Source: Clostridia bacterium
GTDB taxonomy: Bacteria; Bacillota; Clostridia; TANB77; CAG-508
DNA: 64,000 bases
NCBI GenBank assembly: GCA_036307105.1
Contig: JAXJYD010000008.1
Span: forward strand, 52,281-116,280
Direction: 5' to 3'
Both the position numbers and the translations under genes were made by a program. This document shows positions 10,012 to 21,026 of this stretch, piece by piece. The stretch's first letter is position 1. Every line of letters begins with the position of its first letter. Under the pieces are notes generated by a model that saw only the letters and a list, made by a program, of their open reading frames with translations, searched no databases and was not told the origin of the DNA.

Positions 10012-10287
10012 TTTATATAAATTTAAAATGAGAGGAGAAATTTAAGATGTAAAAAGTAAATGAAATGATAGAAATAATAAATAGAATGGATACAACAGAA
10101 CAAAATAAAGTTGCAATGTATTTGTATAATTTTAACCGAATTAAAAATAAAAATATGATGTAGTGTTATTTCAATTAACAAAAGAAAATTAGTTGATACA
10201 AATAGTATAAATTTTATTTAGTACCTACTAGATTTTTTCATAAAAATATGATATAAAAATACCAAATATGTTTGAGGAGTGATTTAC

Positions 10288-10827
10288 ATGAAATTATATG
10301 CAATTAGACATGGAGAAACAATGGCAAATTCTAAAGGAATTTATAATGGAACCTTAAATGAGGATATTAATGAAACTGGAATAAAACAAGCAGAAGAAAC
10401 AAGACAGTTGATGAAAGATAAAGAGTATGATATTATTTATTGTTCACCAATGATAAGAGCTAAACATACATGTCAAATAATTAACGAAAAAGACATACCA
10501 GTAATTTATGATGAAAGACTTAAAGAAAGAAGTTTAGGAAAATTAGATGGAAAAGAAATAGATAGAAAAGGTAAAGATAAAGAATTATTTTACAACTATA
10601 ACTATAAATCTAACGATGAAACTTTTGAAGATTTACCAACACTATTTAAAAGAGTTCATAGTTTTTTAGATGAGATTATTAAAAAGAATAAAGATAAAAA
10701 TATATTAATTGTAGCTCATGGTGGAATTTCAAGAGCAATATATTTTTATTTTAATGAAATACCAGAAGATGGGGATTTATCAGTTTATGTACCTAAAAAC
10801 TGTGAAATAAATACATATGAGATTTAA
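10288..10827 (+). CDS. histidine phosphatase family protein (phosphoglycerate-mutase-like)
   Basis: N-terminal RHGET motif and a later AHGG motif. RBS GAGGAG. Confidence 0.8.
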   Translation: MKLYAIRHGETMANSKGIYNGTLNEDINETGIKQAEETRQLMKDKEYDIIYCSPMIRAKHTCQIINEKDIPVIYDERLKERSLGKLDGKEIDRKGKDKELFYNYNYKSNDETFEDLPTLFKRVHSFLDEIIKKNKDKNILIVAHGGISRAIYFYFNEIPEDGDLSVYVPKNCEINTYEI

Positions 10828-10881
10828 TATACATATATACATGTTTATATTTATGAAAAGTAGTAATAGGAGGATTTATAA

Positions 10882-11442
10882 GTGAAAAATGTATTTATAA
10901 TACATAGTTATAATGGAGATACTGCGTATTCTTTTGCACCTAGTATTGAAAAGCTATGTAAAGAAAATAATATAGATTACTATTTTCCAAAATTTCCAAT
11001 TAGAAGTGAAGCAACTTATGAAAGTTGGGAAAATATATTAAATGATTATAAAGAAAAAGGTATTTTAAATAGTGAATCAATAGTAGTTTCACATAGCTTA
11101 GGAACACAATTTATAATAAAGTACTTGGTGAAAAATAAAGTAAAAATTAATACATATATTAGTGTTGCAGGTTTCATAAATTATAAAGGAAGAGAAGATT
11201 TAGAAAAAATACTAATTAGATTTAAACCTACTGATGAAGAATTTAATAAATACAAGACATTAGTTAATAATATTTATTCAATTTATAGTGATAATGATGA
11301 AATAAATTCTATTGATAAATTAGAAGAATATGCAAATAAATTATCAGCAAATAAAATACTTATTAAAGGTGCAGGACATTTTAATCCTAAATCTGGTATA
11401 ACTCAGATAGAAGAAATAGATAAAATTATATTAGGAGAATGA
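10882..11442 (+). CDS. alpha/beta serine hydrolase, YdeN/RBBP9-like
   Basis: About 186 aa. HSLG nucleophile elbow, C-terminal GAGHF. GTG start after AGGAGG. Confidence 0.65.
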   Translation: MKNVFIIHSYNGDTAYSFAPSIEKLCKENNIDYYFPKFPIRSEATYESWENILNDYKEKGILNSESIVVSHSLGTQFIIKYLVKNKVKINTYISVAGFINYKGREDLEKILIRFKPTDEEFNKYKTLVNNIYSIYSDNDEINSIDKLEEYANKLSANKILIKGAGHFNPKSGITQIEEIDKIILGE

Positions 11443-11444
11443 AA

Positions 11445-11966
11445 ATGGAAGAAGTCTTTGATATTTATACAAGAAATGGTGAATATATTGGTACAGAATT
11501 AAAATCTATATGCCATAGCAAAAATCCGAGAGGATACCATAAACCAGTCTGGATTTGGATTATAAATAGTAATAATGAAATATTAGTTCAAAAAAGAGCA
11601 GCCAACAAGAAAAATCATCCTAATAAGTGGGATATGCCAAGTGCAGGACATGTAGTTGCCGGAGAAACATCAATTCAAGGTGCAATTAGAGAAACTTTTG
11701 AAGAATTGGGAATACAAACAAAAGAAAGTGATTATAAATTTGTTTTTGAATATATTCAAGATAAGTCATTTGAAATAGCACAAGTTTACTTATTAAAAAT
11801 TAATTTAGATATTTCAAAATTAAATTTACAAAAAGAAGAAGTTTCAGAAGTAAAATGGATTTCTTATGAAGAATTTAAAAAGATGTTTTATTCAAATGAA
11901 TTTGTTCCATTTGATAATGAATATAAAGAGAAGGTTTTACAAATGATGTTAAGTAATTTTAGTTAA
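11445..11966 (+). CDS. NUDIX hydrolase
   Basis: Nudix box GHVVAGETSIQGAIRETFEELG. The second ATG was chosen for its RBS spacing. Confidence 0.85.
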   Translation: MEEVFDIYTRNGEYIGTELKSICHSKNPRGYHKPVWIWIINSNNEILVQKRAANKKNHPNKWDMPSAGHVVAGETSIQGAIRETFEELGIQTKESDYKFVFEYIQDKSFEIAQVYLLKINLDISKLNLQKEEVSEVKWISYEEFKKMFYSNEFVPFDNEYKEKVLQMMLSNFS

Positions 11967-12077
11967 TATATAAATATTAAAAACACTGTAGTAAGATAAT
12001 ATGTAAAATTTAGAATTAAAATAAAAAAATTTTAATTAAGGAATAAATTTGAATATGAAAATATAGGAGGTATTAGA

Positions 12078-12476
12078 ATGTTTAATGTAAATCACGTTTC
12101 TATAAGTGTAACAGACTTGGAAAAAAGTATTGAATTTTATAAAAAATTTGGTTTTGAAGATTTTAAATCATGGAAAGCAGAAGATGAAAGTATAAAGATA
12201 AATATGCTAAAATTAAAAGGTACGGTTTTAGAAATGTTTTGCTATAAGGAATTTGCAGAACTACCTGAAACGGCTAAAGATACATCTACAGACTTGCCAA
12301 TAATAGGCACAAAACATTTTGCATTAGGCGTTGAAAATATAGAAAAGGCAAAAGAATTTGTTCTATCAAATCATATTTGTAACGAAGTGAATATAAAAGT
12401 AGGCAGATTAGGAAAACCATATTTCTTTATAAATGATCCAAATGGAATTTTAGTAGAAATAATTGAAAATGATTAG
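12078..12476 (+). CDS. VOC/glyoxalase family protein
   Basis: Size and N-terminus HVSISVTDLEKSIEFY are typical of glyoxalase-fold proteins. Confidence 0.75.
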   Translation: MFNVNHVSISVTDLEKSIEFYKKFGFEDFKSWKAEDESIKINMLKLKGTVLEMFCYKEFAELPETAKDTSTDLPIIGTKHFALGVENIEKAKEFVLSNHICNEVNIKVGRLGKPYFFINDPNGILVEIIEND

Positions 12477-12492
12477 TAGGAGGAATAATGTA

Positions 12493-13218
12493 ATGAATAA
12501 AGTTGTTTTAGTTACAGGTAGTTCAAGAGGTATTGGAAAAGCTACAGTAATTGAATTTGCTAGTAAAGGATATAATGTAGTTATAAATTACAATAGTAGT
12601 GATAAAGAAGCAAATGATTTGAAAGATTATGTAGAAAAAAATTTAATGTAAAGGCATTATCTATTAAAGCTGATGTGTCTAATGAAGAAGAAGTAAAGAA
12701 TATGATTACGAATACATTAAATGAATTTGGTCGTGTTGATGTATTAGTAAATAATGCTGGTATTGTCTATGATAGAGATTTTAAAGATATAAAAGTTGAA
12801 GAATTTAAAAGAACATTAGAAGTGAATGTAATTGGTGCATTTATAGTTGCAAGAGAAGTATCAAAATATATGAAAAAAGGAAGTTCAATTGTAAATGTTT
12901 CTTCGACAAATGGAACAAAAACAATATCTCCCGAATGTTTAGATTATAATATATCAAAAATAGGATTACAAAGTTTAACAAGAGATTTAGCATTTCAATT
13001 TAAACCTAATATAAAGTAAATGCAATTGCTATTGGTTGGGCAGATACTGATATGAATAAAGACTTACCAAAAGATTATATAGAAGATGAAAAATCTAAAA
13101 TATATGTTGAAAGGTTTGCAGATCCAAGTGAGATTGCAAAAATAATTTATTTTTTAGCTAGTGAAGAATCTAGTTATATAAATAGTGAAGTTGTTAATAT
13201 TGATGGAGGTTATTGTTA
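12493..13218 (+). pseudogene. SDR family oxidoreductase (FabG-like) interrupted by two frameshifts
   Basis: TGSSRGIG, NNAG and a Y..SK-like region lie across three frames. The shifts sit in short A/T runs near 12640-12648 and 13013-13016. Confidence 0.8.
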
Positions 13219-13773
13219 ATGAATAGTAATTATTTTATAATACATGGTAGTTTTGGAAGTCCATTTGTAAATTGGTTTCCATATTTAAGGAAAGAAATTG
13301 AAAAGAAAGAATTAGTAGTATATACACCAGATTTTCCAACTGGTGTAGGCTATCAAAATTATAAAAATTGGTCAAAGGTATTAGAAAGTTATATTAGTGC
13401 AGGTTTAATAAATGAAAATACAACTATCTATGCACATTCGATAGCACCTATATTTATATGCCATTTCTTAATTGAACATCAGATAAAGGTAAATAAACTT
13501 GTTTTTGTATGTGGATTTAATAACTATTTAGGAATAAATGAAGAATATGATAATGTAAACGAAACAATGTATTTTGATAATTTAGAAGATATAAAAAAAT
13601 ATGCGAATGAAATTATTTGTTTCTACTCTAAAAATGATCCATATGTAAAATATGAAGTAGAAAAAGAATTTGCTGATACAATTGCAACAAAGCAAATTGT
13701 TATAGATGACGGAGGACATTTAAATGCTGAAAGTGGATATTCTGAATTTAAGGAATTATTAAGGTACATATAA
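13219..13773 (+). CDS. alpha/beta serine hydrolase, YdeN/RBBP9-like (paralogue of 10882-11442)
   Basis: Same length. IIHGSFGSP..., HS.A elbow, C-terminal DGGHLNAESG. Confidence 0.65.
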   Translation: MNSNYFIIHGSFGSPFVNWFPYLRKEIEKKELVVYTPDFPTGVGYQNYKNWSKVLESYISAGLINENTTIYAHSIAPIFICHFLIEHQIKVNKLVFVCGFNNYLGINEEYDNVNETMYFDNLEDIKKYANEIICFYSKNDPYVKYEVEKEFADTIATKQIVIDDGGHLNAESGYSEFKELLRYI

Positions 13774-13917
13774 AGAATAGAGAAGTGTTTTAATTTTCAA
13801 TAATTCCTTGAAAACTTAAAATATATATGCTAAATTATATATAAATTGATCGAGTTATATTAAGGTGAAATTTTGAAACAATTTTTGCAAATGTGTTTCG
13901 AAATGGAGCCAATAGAT

Positions 13918-13946
13918 AAACTGTTCGAACTTTTGAACAGTTTTTT
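13918..13946 (+). terminator. rho-independent terminator
   Basis: AAACTGTTC / GAACAGTTT (9 bp) followed by a T-run. Confidence 0.7.
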
Positions 13947-14045
13947 CTATATAAATAAAATCTAAAATTCAGGTTTAAAAAGCATATTTTCTTTTTTTAA
14001 TAAATATATATTAAATATAAAATGAATTGAAAGAAGGAAATATAC

Positions 14046-14408
14046 ATGGAAAACACAAAAAATATATTTAAAGGAGTAGGAATTTCAATTATACTAACAA
14101 TGATATTATTAATTGTTTTTTCAATAGTGCTTGCATATACAAATGTAAGTGAAAACACTATTACTCCAGTAATAATTATAATAACTGCTATAAGTATTCT
14201 ATTTGGAAGTTCAATATCAACAAGACATATAAAAAAGAATGGGATGCTAAATGGTGGATTAATTGGCGGAATTTATTTAATATTATTATATACAATATCT
14301 AGTTTATTAAATTGGAAATTTGGACTTAATTTTCAAAGTATAATAATGATTGTTATTGGTAGTATATTTGGTATACTTGGTGGAATAATTGGAGTTAATA
14401 TAAAGTGA
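14046..14408 (+). CDS. small membrane protein (TIGR04086/YrzE-like)
   Basis: Four hydrophobic segments. Gly-rich LNGGLIGG motif. Confidence 0.6.
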   Translation: MENTKNIFKGVGISIILTMILLIVFSIVLAYTNVSENTITPVIIIITAISILFGSSISTRHIKKNGMLNGGLIGGIYLILLYTISSLLNWKFGLNFQSIIMIVIGSIFGILGGIIGVNIK

Positions 14409-14466
14409 ATAAAAATGAATTTGTCGAATTTTGCGATGAAAAGTCAAAGAAAAATCGTAAAAATAA

Positions 14467-14495
14467 TTGACAAGTTCATTTTTTGCAGTTATAAT
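14467..14495 (+). promoter_or_regulatory. consensus sigma-A promoter with no obvious gene behind it
   Basis: TTGACA, 17-nt spacer, TATAAT, all perfect. Confidence 0.6.
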
Positions 14496-14891
14496 CAAAA
14501 TACATTTTTAAAAATCTATAATTTTAATTTAATTTCAAAATTTAAATCTTATGTTTATAATCTAAACAAAATCCAATTTGAAATAAAAATAGTTAGGAGG
14601 GATGCTTTTGATTAAACCAAGAAATTATTATATTTGAATCTAATTTTAATACTAACCATGAATCCCGATTAGCCCCTGGGACATGTGAAAGTTTAACAAT
14701 CTTTTTATATGCCACAATACAAAAGAAAAAAATGATAAAAATAACATGATAGACCTAGAAGACATGAACAATTAGAAATTATAATTATGTAATTTGTGTA
14801 AGTAGTGAACATGTAAAATTATAGATTATTAAAATGTACATATCAAACCTTTATAAATGTAATTTTATATACTAGAAAAATCCTAGTATTA

Positions 14892-14922
14892 AAAGTGGGG
14901 AAAAATAACATTCCTCACTTTT
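14892..14922 (+). terminator. hairpin terminator about 400 nt downstream of the orphan promoter
   Basis: AAAGTGGGG / CCTCACTTT (one G-U pair) followed by a T-rich tract. Confidence 0.5.
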
Positions 14923-15111
14923 ATTATAGTTTAGTAATATAGGAATTCCCATAAAATATAAGAAAAAAATTTTTATAATTATTTTAATACAACTATTTTT
15001 AATAATTTGATAAAAATAGTTGATATTTTTTTAGTTTTAATATAAAATCTAAAAAGACTTTAAATTGTTTTACAAACTATATATATTAAATTAAGATAAC
15101 GGAGGAATATC

Positions 15112-16536
15112 ATGAAGAAAATTAAAATTTTAACATTAGTATTAGCGATTGTTTTAGTAACAATGGTAGCTTTTATAGGAATTTATGTAACTATACAAAA
15201 TAGAATGGAGAATAAGGTAAAAGATTATTCTTATATGATGGATTTAAATGGTGGAAGAAATATTATATTAGAAGTAGATAATGGGAATAAGACAAATATA
15301 AAAGATAGCGAAGGAAAAGAAGTGAAAGATACTGAGAATCTATCAGATGAAGAATTAAAAGAAAAAGGATATATAAAAGAAGAAACACCATATAATAGTG
15401 AAGATTCTTTAAATATAAATAATTATAAAAAATGTAAAGAAATACTTACTAGAAGATTAAAAGAATTAAAAGTACAAGAATATAATATAAAATTAGATGA
15501 AGATAATGGAAATATTGTTTTAGATATTCCAGAAAATGATAATACAGATTCAATAGTTAGTGAATTAATACCAACAGGAAAATTTGAAATAGTAGATAGT
15601 GAAACTAAAGAAGTCTTAATAAATAATGATGATTTAAAATTAGTAAATGTAATGTATGGTTCTGATAATAGTAGTAATTCTGCAACGTCAACAGGTACAG
15701 TAGTATATCTAAATATAGAATTTACAAAAGATGGTGCTAGGAAACTAGAAGATATAACAAATAAATATGTTAAGGTTGAAACAGCAAACACTGAAACAAA
15801 AGAAGATGGGGAAAATGCTGAAAATATTACGACTGAGAAAAAAATTAGTTTAATGATTGATGATGATGAAATGCTTTCAACTAGTTTTGAAGAACCAATT
15901 AAAACAGGAAAAATGCAATTATCTATAGGAAGAGCAGCAAAAGATAATGATACATTAAAAGGATATATTTCTCAAGCATCAAATATGGCAACAGTATTAA
16001 ATAATGGGAAAATGCCAGTAAAATACACTGTACATGATAATCAATATATCCAATCAGATATAACAAATAACGAATTAAGTATGATTGTATATGTAATGCT
16101 TGCTATAGTAGTTGTGACTTTATTGTTCTTAATAATTAAATATAGAGCAATTGGAGCATTAGGAGCAATTTCATATATAGGACTAGCTTCATTATTCTTA
16201 TTATTAATTCGTTATACAAATGTTGATTTATCAATACAAGGAATATTAGGAATAGCATTAACATTAGTACTAAACTATGTGTTTATATATAAACTTGTAT
16301 CAAAAATTAAAAATGTAAAAATAAAAGAATTAGGCGTAAGTAGTAAAATAAAAGAAACATATAAAGAATTTTTTGTTAGAATATTACCTATATGTATAGC
16401 GGTAATTATATTCTGCTTTGCAGGATGGGCTACTATTAGTAGCTTTGGAATGGTAATGTTCTGGGGAATAGTTTTAATTGCAATTTATAATGCAATAGTA
16501 ACAAATTTATTATTTAGAATTAATGATAATAAATAG
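15112..16536 (+). CDS. secD: SecD-like protein-export membrane protein
   Basis: N-terminal TM segment, large periplasmic-type domain, C-terminal 5-6 TM block. Paired with a SecF-like gene. Confidence 0.65.
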   Translation: MKKIKILTLVLAIVLVTMVAFIGIYVTIQNRMENKVKDYSYMMDLNGGRNIILEVDNGNKTNIKDSEGKEVKDTENLSDEELKEKGYIKEETPYNSEDSLNINNYKKCKEILTRRLKELKVQEYNIKLDEDNGNIVLDIPENDNTDSIVSELIPTGKFEIVDSETKEVLINNDDLKLVNVMYGSDNSSNSATSTGTVVYLNIEFTKDGARKLEDITNKYVKVETANTETKEDGENAENITTEKKISLMIDDDEMLSTSFEEPIKTGKMQLSIGRAAKDNDTLKGYISQASNMATVLNNGKMPVKYTVHDNQYIQSDITNNELSMIVYVMLAIVVVTLLFLIIKYRAIGALGAISYIGLASLFLLLIRYTNVDLSIQGILGIALTLVLNYVFIYKLVSKIKNVKIKELGVSSKIKETYKEFFVRILPICIAVIIFCFAGWATISSFGMVMFWGIVLIAIYNAIVTNLLFRINDNK

Positions 16537-16548
16537 GAGGGATAGAGA

Positions 16549-17205
16549 ATGGGAAAATTAACTAAAAAAACAAAAGTTATATGTTTAGTTCTTGTTGTTG
16601 TTATTATTGCAGGAATAGTTGTAATAGCTACAGCTGGCTTTAATGTAGAATTAAGCATGCAAAAAAATAATAGAGTAGAATTATATTTAGAAAAAGATTT
16701 TGAAATATCTGATATAAAAAATATAGCAAATGAGGTATTTCAAAATAAACAAACAGTAATTCAAAAAGTAGAAGTATTTGGAGATACTGTTAGCATAACT
16801 ACAAATGAAATTACAGATGAACAAAAGCAACAATTAGTTGAAAAAGTAAATGGAAAGTATTCATTAGAACTAACTTCAGATAGTATTGAAATAGAAAAAA
16901 TACCAAATGAAAGATTACGTGATCTAATTAATCCATATATTTTTGCTTTTAGTTTAGCGACTGGATTAATATTAGTATATATGATGTTAAAATATAAAAA
17001 ATTAGGAATGTTAAATATTTTGATCAAAACATTATGCACAATTGTTATAGCACAAGTTACATTATTTAGTGTTATTGCTATCACAAGAATTCCAGTAGGA
17101 AGATTAACAATACCTATGGTCATTGTAGTGTATTTAGTAACATTATATACATTAACACATAATTATGAAAATAAATTAGATAAAATAGGAGAAGAAAATA
17201 AATAA
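16549..17205 (+). CDS. secF: SecF-like protein-export membrane protein (short)
   Basis: N-terminal TM segment, small alpha/beta domain, C-terminal TM block. Directly follows the secD-like gene. Confidence 0.55.
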   Translation: MGKLTKKTKVICLVLVVVIIAGIVVIATAGFNVELSMQKNNRVELYLEKDFEISDIKNIANEVFQNKQTVIQKVEVFGDTVSITTNEITDEQKQQLVEKVNGKYSLELTSDSIEIEKIPNERLRDLINPYIFAFSLATGLILVYMMLKYKKLGMLNILIKTLCTIVIAQVTLFSVIAITRIPVGRLTIPMVIVVYLVTLYTLTHNYENKLDKIGEENK

Positions 17206-17282
17206 GACAAAATTCGACAAAAATGAAACAAAAGGTGACTGTCCCTATTGTTTCATTTTGAAATTGAAGGGCGGTTTATATA

Positions 17283-19571
17283 ATGGGTAATATAGTTTTG
17301 TTAGATGATTTAACAATAAATAAAATAGCAGCAGGAGAGGTTATTGAAAGACCTGCTTCTGTAATTAAAGAAATGGTAGAAAACTCAATTGATGCTGGTG
17401 CAAATAATATAACAGTTGAAATTAAAAATGGAGGAATTTCTTTTATAAAAGTAACTGATAACGGAAAGGGAATAGCTCAAGATGATTTAGAAATTGCATT
17501 TGAAAGACATGCTACTAGCAAAATTAGGTCAGCAGATGATTTGAATACTGTTACTTCTATGGGGTTTAGAGGTGAAGCTTTAGCTAGTATTGCAGCTATT
17601 GCAAATGTTGAAATGGTTTCTAAAACAGAAGAACAAGAAATAGGTTATAGAGTTGTAGTAGAAGCAGGTGATGTTTTAGAAAAAGAAGAAACGGGATGTC
17701 GAACTGGTACAACTATAACAGTAAGAAACCTATTTTTTAATACACCTGTTAGATATAAATTCTTAAAAAAAGATTATACAGAATCAGGATATATAGAAGA
17801 TGTTATAACTAGAATTGCGTTAGTAAATCCAAATGTTGCAATAAAATTAATAAATACAGGTAAAACTGTTATTCAAACAAATGGAAATGGAGATTTAAAA
17901 AGTGTAATATATAGCATATATGGTAAAGATATAGCAAATGGTATAATGGAAGTTGGTTACCAATATGAAGATATAAAAATAGAAGGTGTGATTGGAAAGC
18001 CTGAAATAGCAAGGTCAAACAGGTCAAATCAATTATTCTTTGTAAATAAAAGATACATAAAAGATAAAACTCTAACAGCAGCAACGGAACAAGCATATAA
18101 AGGACTAATTCCAATCGGGAAATTTGGATTTGTTGTATTAAATATAGAAATGAACCCATCAAAAGTTGATGTAAATGTTCATCCAGCAAAATTAGAAGTA
18201 AGATTCCAAGAAGAAAACAAAATATTTCAAGCGATATATCATGCAATTAAAGATACTTTATTAAAAGGAGAATTAGTAGCAAATACTTCAAAGGCAGAAA
18301 CAGAAAGTACAAATAGAATTGATAGATCAGCATTAAGCTTTGAAGAAAGATTAAAGAATTTACGAGAAGCTAAAAAAGAAAATCAACAAAATGGGGGACT
18401 TTTTAGATTTAGAAAACAAAATGAAAAACAAATAGAACAATATACAGATGAAGAAAGTAAAATAAAAACAAACATTGTAGAAGAATTATATAACAATAAA
18501 AATAAACAACAAGAAGACAATAACGATACAGATAAATTTGAAACAAAGGTTATTGATACCTATAGTATTGATTCAAATGCAGGAACACCAGTAGATACTT
18601 CAGATGTATTAGAACAACTTAAACAAATGAAAAATAAAATCCAAGAAGATATAGATAAAAAAAATGACAGTACAAAAACAATGAAACTAAGTGATGAAAC
18701 TGCTGTATATAATTTTAGAGAGGAAGCTAACAAAGAATATAATAAAGAAGGTTTACCAAAAGCAGTACAAAATGAAGCTGATAAAGAGAGTGAAGATGAA
18801 AATATAGTTAATAATGAAATAAAAACAGTTCAAAATCCATCTAATTTTAATGAAATGTATGAAAAAATGTTTGGTAGAGCTCCCATAGATGAAAATAAAT
18901 TGGTATTAGAAAAAAATGAGAATGAAAAAATAAATGCTGTAGATATAGTAAAAGATAATGTATCTATATTTGAAAATGAAGAAGAATTTAAAAAACCTTC
19001 ATATAAATTTATAGGAATTGTATTTAAAACATATATCATATTAGAAATTGATAAAGAAATGTACATATTAGATCAACATGCGGCTCATGAAAGAATTATG
19101 TATGAAAAAGTTAAGAAAAACTACTATAGTGACGAAATAAAAGATTCTCAATTGTTATTACTTCCAGATGTTATTACACTAACACATAAAGAAATGGAAA
19201 TAGCAAAAGAAAATATACCTATGTTTAACAAAGCAGGATTTTATTTAGAAGAATTTGGTGAAAATACAATAAAATTAACAGGAGTTCCAACAGTATGTAT
19301 AGATTTAGATACAAAAGAATTATTTTTAGAAACTTTAGACGAAATAAATACTGTAGCAAGAACTGCTAAACAAGAAAAAGAAGAAAGATTTATAGCGACG
19401 GTTGCTTGTAAGGCTGCAGTAAAAGCAAATATGGCATTAACTGTTGAAGAAGTAGACAAATTAATGGAACAATTATTAAAATTGCCAAATCCATTTACAT
19501 GTCCACATGGAAGACCAACTGCTATAAAGATGACAAAATATGATATTGAAAGAAAATTTGCAAGAAAATAA
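17283..19571 (+). CDS. mutL: DNA mismatch repair endonuclease MutL
   Basis: IAAGEVIERPASVIKEMVENSIDAG (GHKL ATPase), C-terminal DQHAAHERI and FTCPHGRP motifs. Confidence 0.95.
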   Translation: MGNIVLLDDLTINKIAAGEVIERPASVIKEMVENSIDAGANNITVEIKNGGISFIKVTDNGKGIAQDDLEIAFERHATSKIRSADDLNTVTSMGFRGEALASIAAIANVEMVSKTEEQEIGYRVVVEAGDVLEKEETGCRTGTTITVRNLFFNTPVRYKFLKKDYTESGYIEDVITRIALVNPNVAIKLINTGKTVIQTNGNGDLKSVIYSIYGKDIANGIMEVGYQYEDIKIEGVIGKPEIARSNRSNQLFFVNKRYIKDKTLTAATEQAYKGLIPIGKFGFVVLNIEMNPSKVDVNVHPAKLEVRFQEENKIFQAIYHAIKDTLLKGELVANTSKAETESTNRIDRSALSFEERLKNLREAKKENQQNGGLFRFRKQNEKQIEQYTDEESKIKTNIVEELYNNKNKQQEDNNDTDKFETKVIDTYSIDSNAGTPVDTSDVLEQLKQMKNKIQEDIDKKNDSTKTMKLSDETAVYNFREEANKEYNKEGLPKAVQNEADKESEDENIVNNEIKTVQNPSNFNEMYEKMFGRAPIDENKLVLEKNENEKINAVDIVKDNVSIFENEEEFKKPSYKFIGIVFKTYIILEIDKEMYILDQHAAHERIMYEKVKKNYYSDEIKDSQLLLLPDVITLTHKEMEIAKENIPMFNKAGFYLEEFGENTIKLTGVPTVCIDLDTKELFLETLDEINTVARTAKQEKEERFIATVACKAAVKANMALTVEEVDKLMEQLLKLPNPFTCPHGRPTAIKMTKYDIERKFARK

Positions 19572-19586
19572 AAATAGGAGAAAAAT

Positions 19587-20039
19587 ATGCTGTTAATTAT
19601 AATAATGACTTTTATTCTATATTCTGTTGTTATTGGATGGACATGGAATAATTTAGGTGATATTAAAAAAATAAAAAAAATCCTAATAATTGCAGGAGAA
19701 ATATTAGTTATTTATTTAATAACACTAGTAATTTATGCAATATCTAAAAATGGAATAGATTACACCAATAAAGACGTGGAAAAAGATATAAAAATAGTAG
19801 TAGTTATATTATTTACAGGATTTAATTCCTTAGTGATATTACCATTTTTAAATAAACAAATAATTAAATTAAAGGAAAAAGAAGTAAACGAAAAAAATGT
19901 TGTAAAGAAATTAGCAATTGTGTTAGTCATATTTATAATATGTATTATTTTTGAATGTGGATATATGAAAGATACTCAAAAAGGTATTCTTAATGTAAAA
20001 AAATTTAATTCATACAATCACTTATCCTCAAAATCATAA
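19587..20039 (+). CDS. hypothetical membrane protein
   Basis: Four hydrophobic segments. RBS GGAG. Confidence 0.5.
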   Translation: MLLIIIMTFILYSVVIGWTWNNLGDIKKIKKILIIAGEILVIYLITLVIYAISKNGIDYTNKDVEKDIKIVVVILFTGFNSLVILPFLNKQIIKLKEKEVNEKNVVKKLAIVLVIFIICIIFECGYMKDTQKGILNVKKFNSYNHLSSKS

Positions 20040-20105
20040 ACATATATAGAAAATAATTGTGATTTGGAAATTATTATTCAAACTTTTTTAGGAAAGGATG
20101 TAATC

Positions 20106-21026
20106 ATGCAAAAACAAAAAGTAATTGTGATTTGTGGACCAACTGCATCTGGAAAAACTGCCTTATCAATTGAACTCGCGAAACAAATAAATGGTGAAAT
20201 CATATCTGCTGATTCTATGCAAATATATAAAGATATGAATATTGGAACAGCTAAACCAACAAAAGAAGAAATGCAAGGGGTAAAGCATTATTTAATAGAT
20301 TTTGTTTCACCAGATGAAAGATATAGTGTTGCAGATTACAAACAAGAGGCTAAAAAAGCTATAAGGAAAATTTTAAAAAAAGGAAAAGTTCCAATTGTAG
20401 TTGGAGGCACGGGCTTATATGTAGATAGCTTAATTTATGAAATAGAATATCCTAATATGGAATTTGATGAAGAATATAGAGAAAAATTAGAAAAAGAAGT
20501 AGAAGAAAATGGGCTGGAAGGACTATATGAAAAAGCAAAAGAAATAGATAATGAAGCAATTAAAAAAATAAGTAAAAATGATAAAAAAAGAATATTAAGG
20601 ATTTTGGAAATATATCATGCAACAGGAAAAAATAAAACCGATCAAGAAAAAGAATCTAGAAAAAAAGAAATCGAATTTGATTATAAAGTCTATGCGCTTA
20701 AATGGGATAGAGAAAAATTATATGAAAGAATAAATAAAAGAGTAGATATAATGCTTGAACAAGGCCTAATAGAAGAAGTTAAAAAAGTATATGAAAAATA
20801 CAACGAATTTCCAACAGCGATGCAAGGTTTAGGATATAAAGAAGTTGTAGAATATTTAGAAAATAATATAACTAAAGAAGAAATGATAGAAAAAATTAAA
20901 CAAGAAACAAGAAGGTATGCTAAAAGACAAATTACGTGGTTTAGGAAAAATAAACAAACAATATGGCTAAATGCTGAAGATAAAATACAAAATAATATAC
21001 AAATTATCTTGGGGGAATTAAGTTGA
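20106..21026 (+). CDS. miaA: tRNA dimethylallyltransferase
   Basis: GPTASGKT P-loop, SADSMQIYK, GGTGLY. Start at the ATG after GGAAAGGA. Confidence 0.93.
   Translation: MQKQKVIVICGPTASGKTALSIELAKQINGEIISADSMQIYKDMNIGTAKPTKEEMQGVKHYLIDFVSPDERYSVADYKQEAKKAIRKILKKGKVPIVVGGTGLYVDSLIYEIEYPNMEFDEEYREKLEKEVEENGLEGLYEKAKEIDNEAIKKISKNDKKRILRILEIYHATGKNKTDQEKESRKKEIEFDYKVYALKWDREKLYERINKRVDIMLEQGLIEEVKKVYEKYNEFPTAMQGLGYKEVVEYLENNITKEEMIEKIKQETRRYAKRQITWFRKNKQTIWLNAEDKIQNNIQIILGELS

Noticed and set aside
10064-10162. 32-codon ORF (MIEIINRMDTTEQNKVAMYLYNFNRIKNKNMM) after motif copy 2.
   Set aside because: It is too short, has no convincing RBS spacing and has no recognisable motif.
14415-14615. 66-aa ORF after the TIGR04086 gene.
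   Set aside because: It spans the consensus promoter, has no RBS and has an AT-rich nonsense composition.
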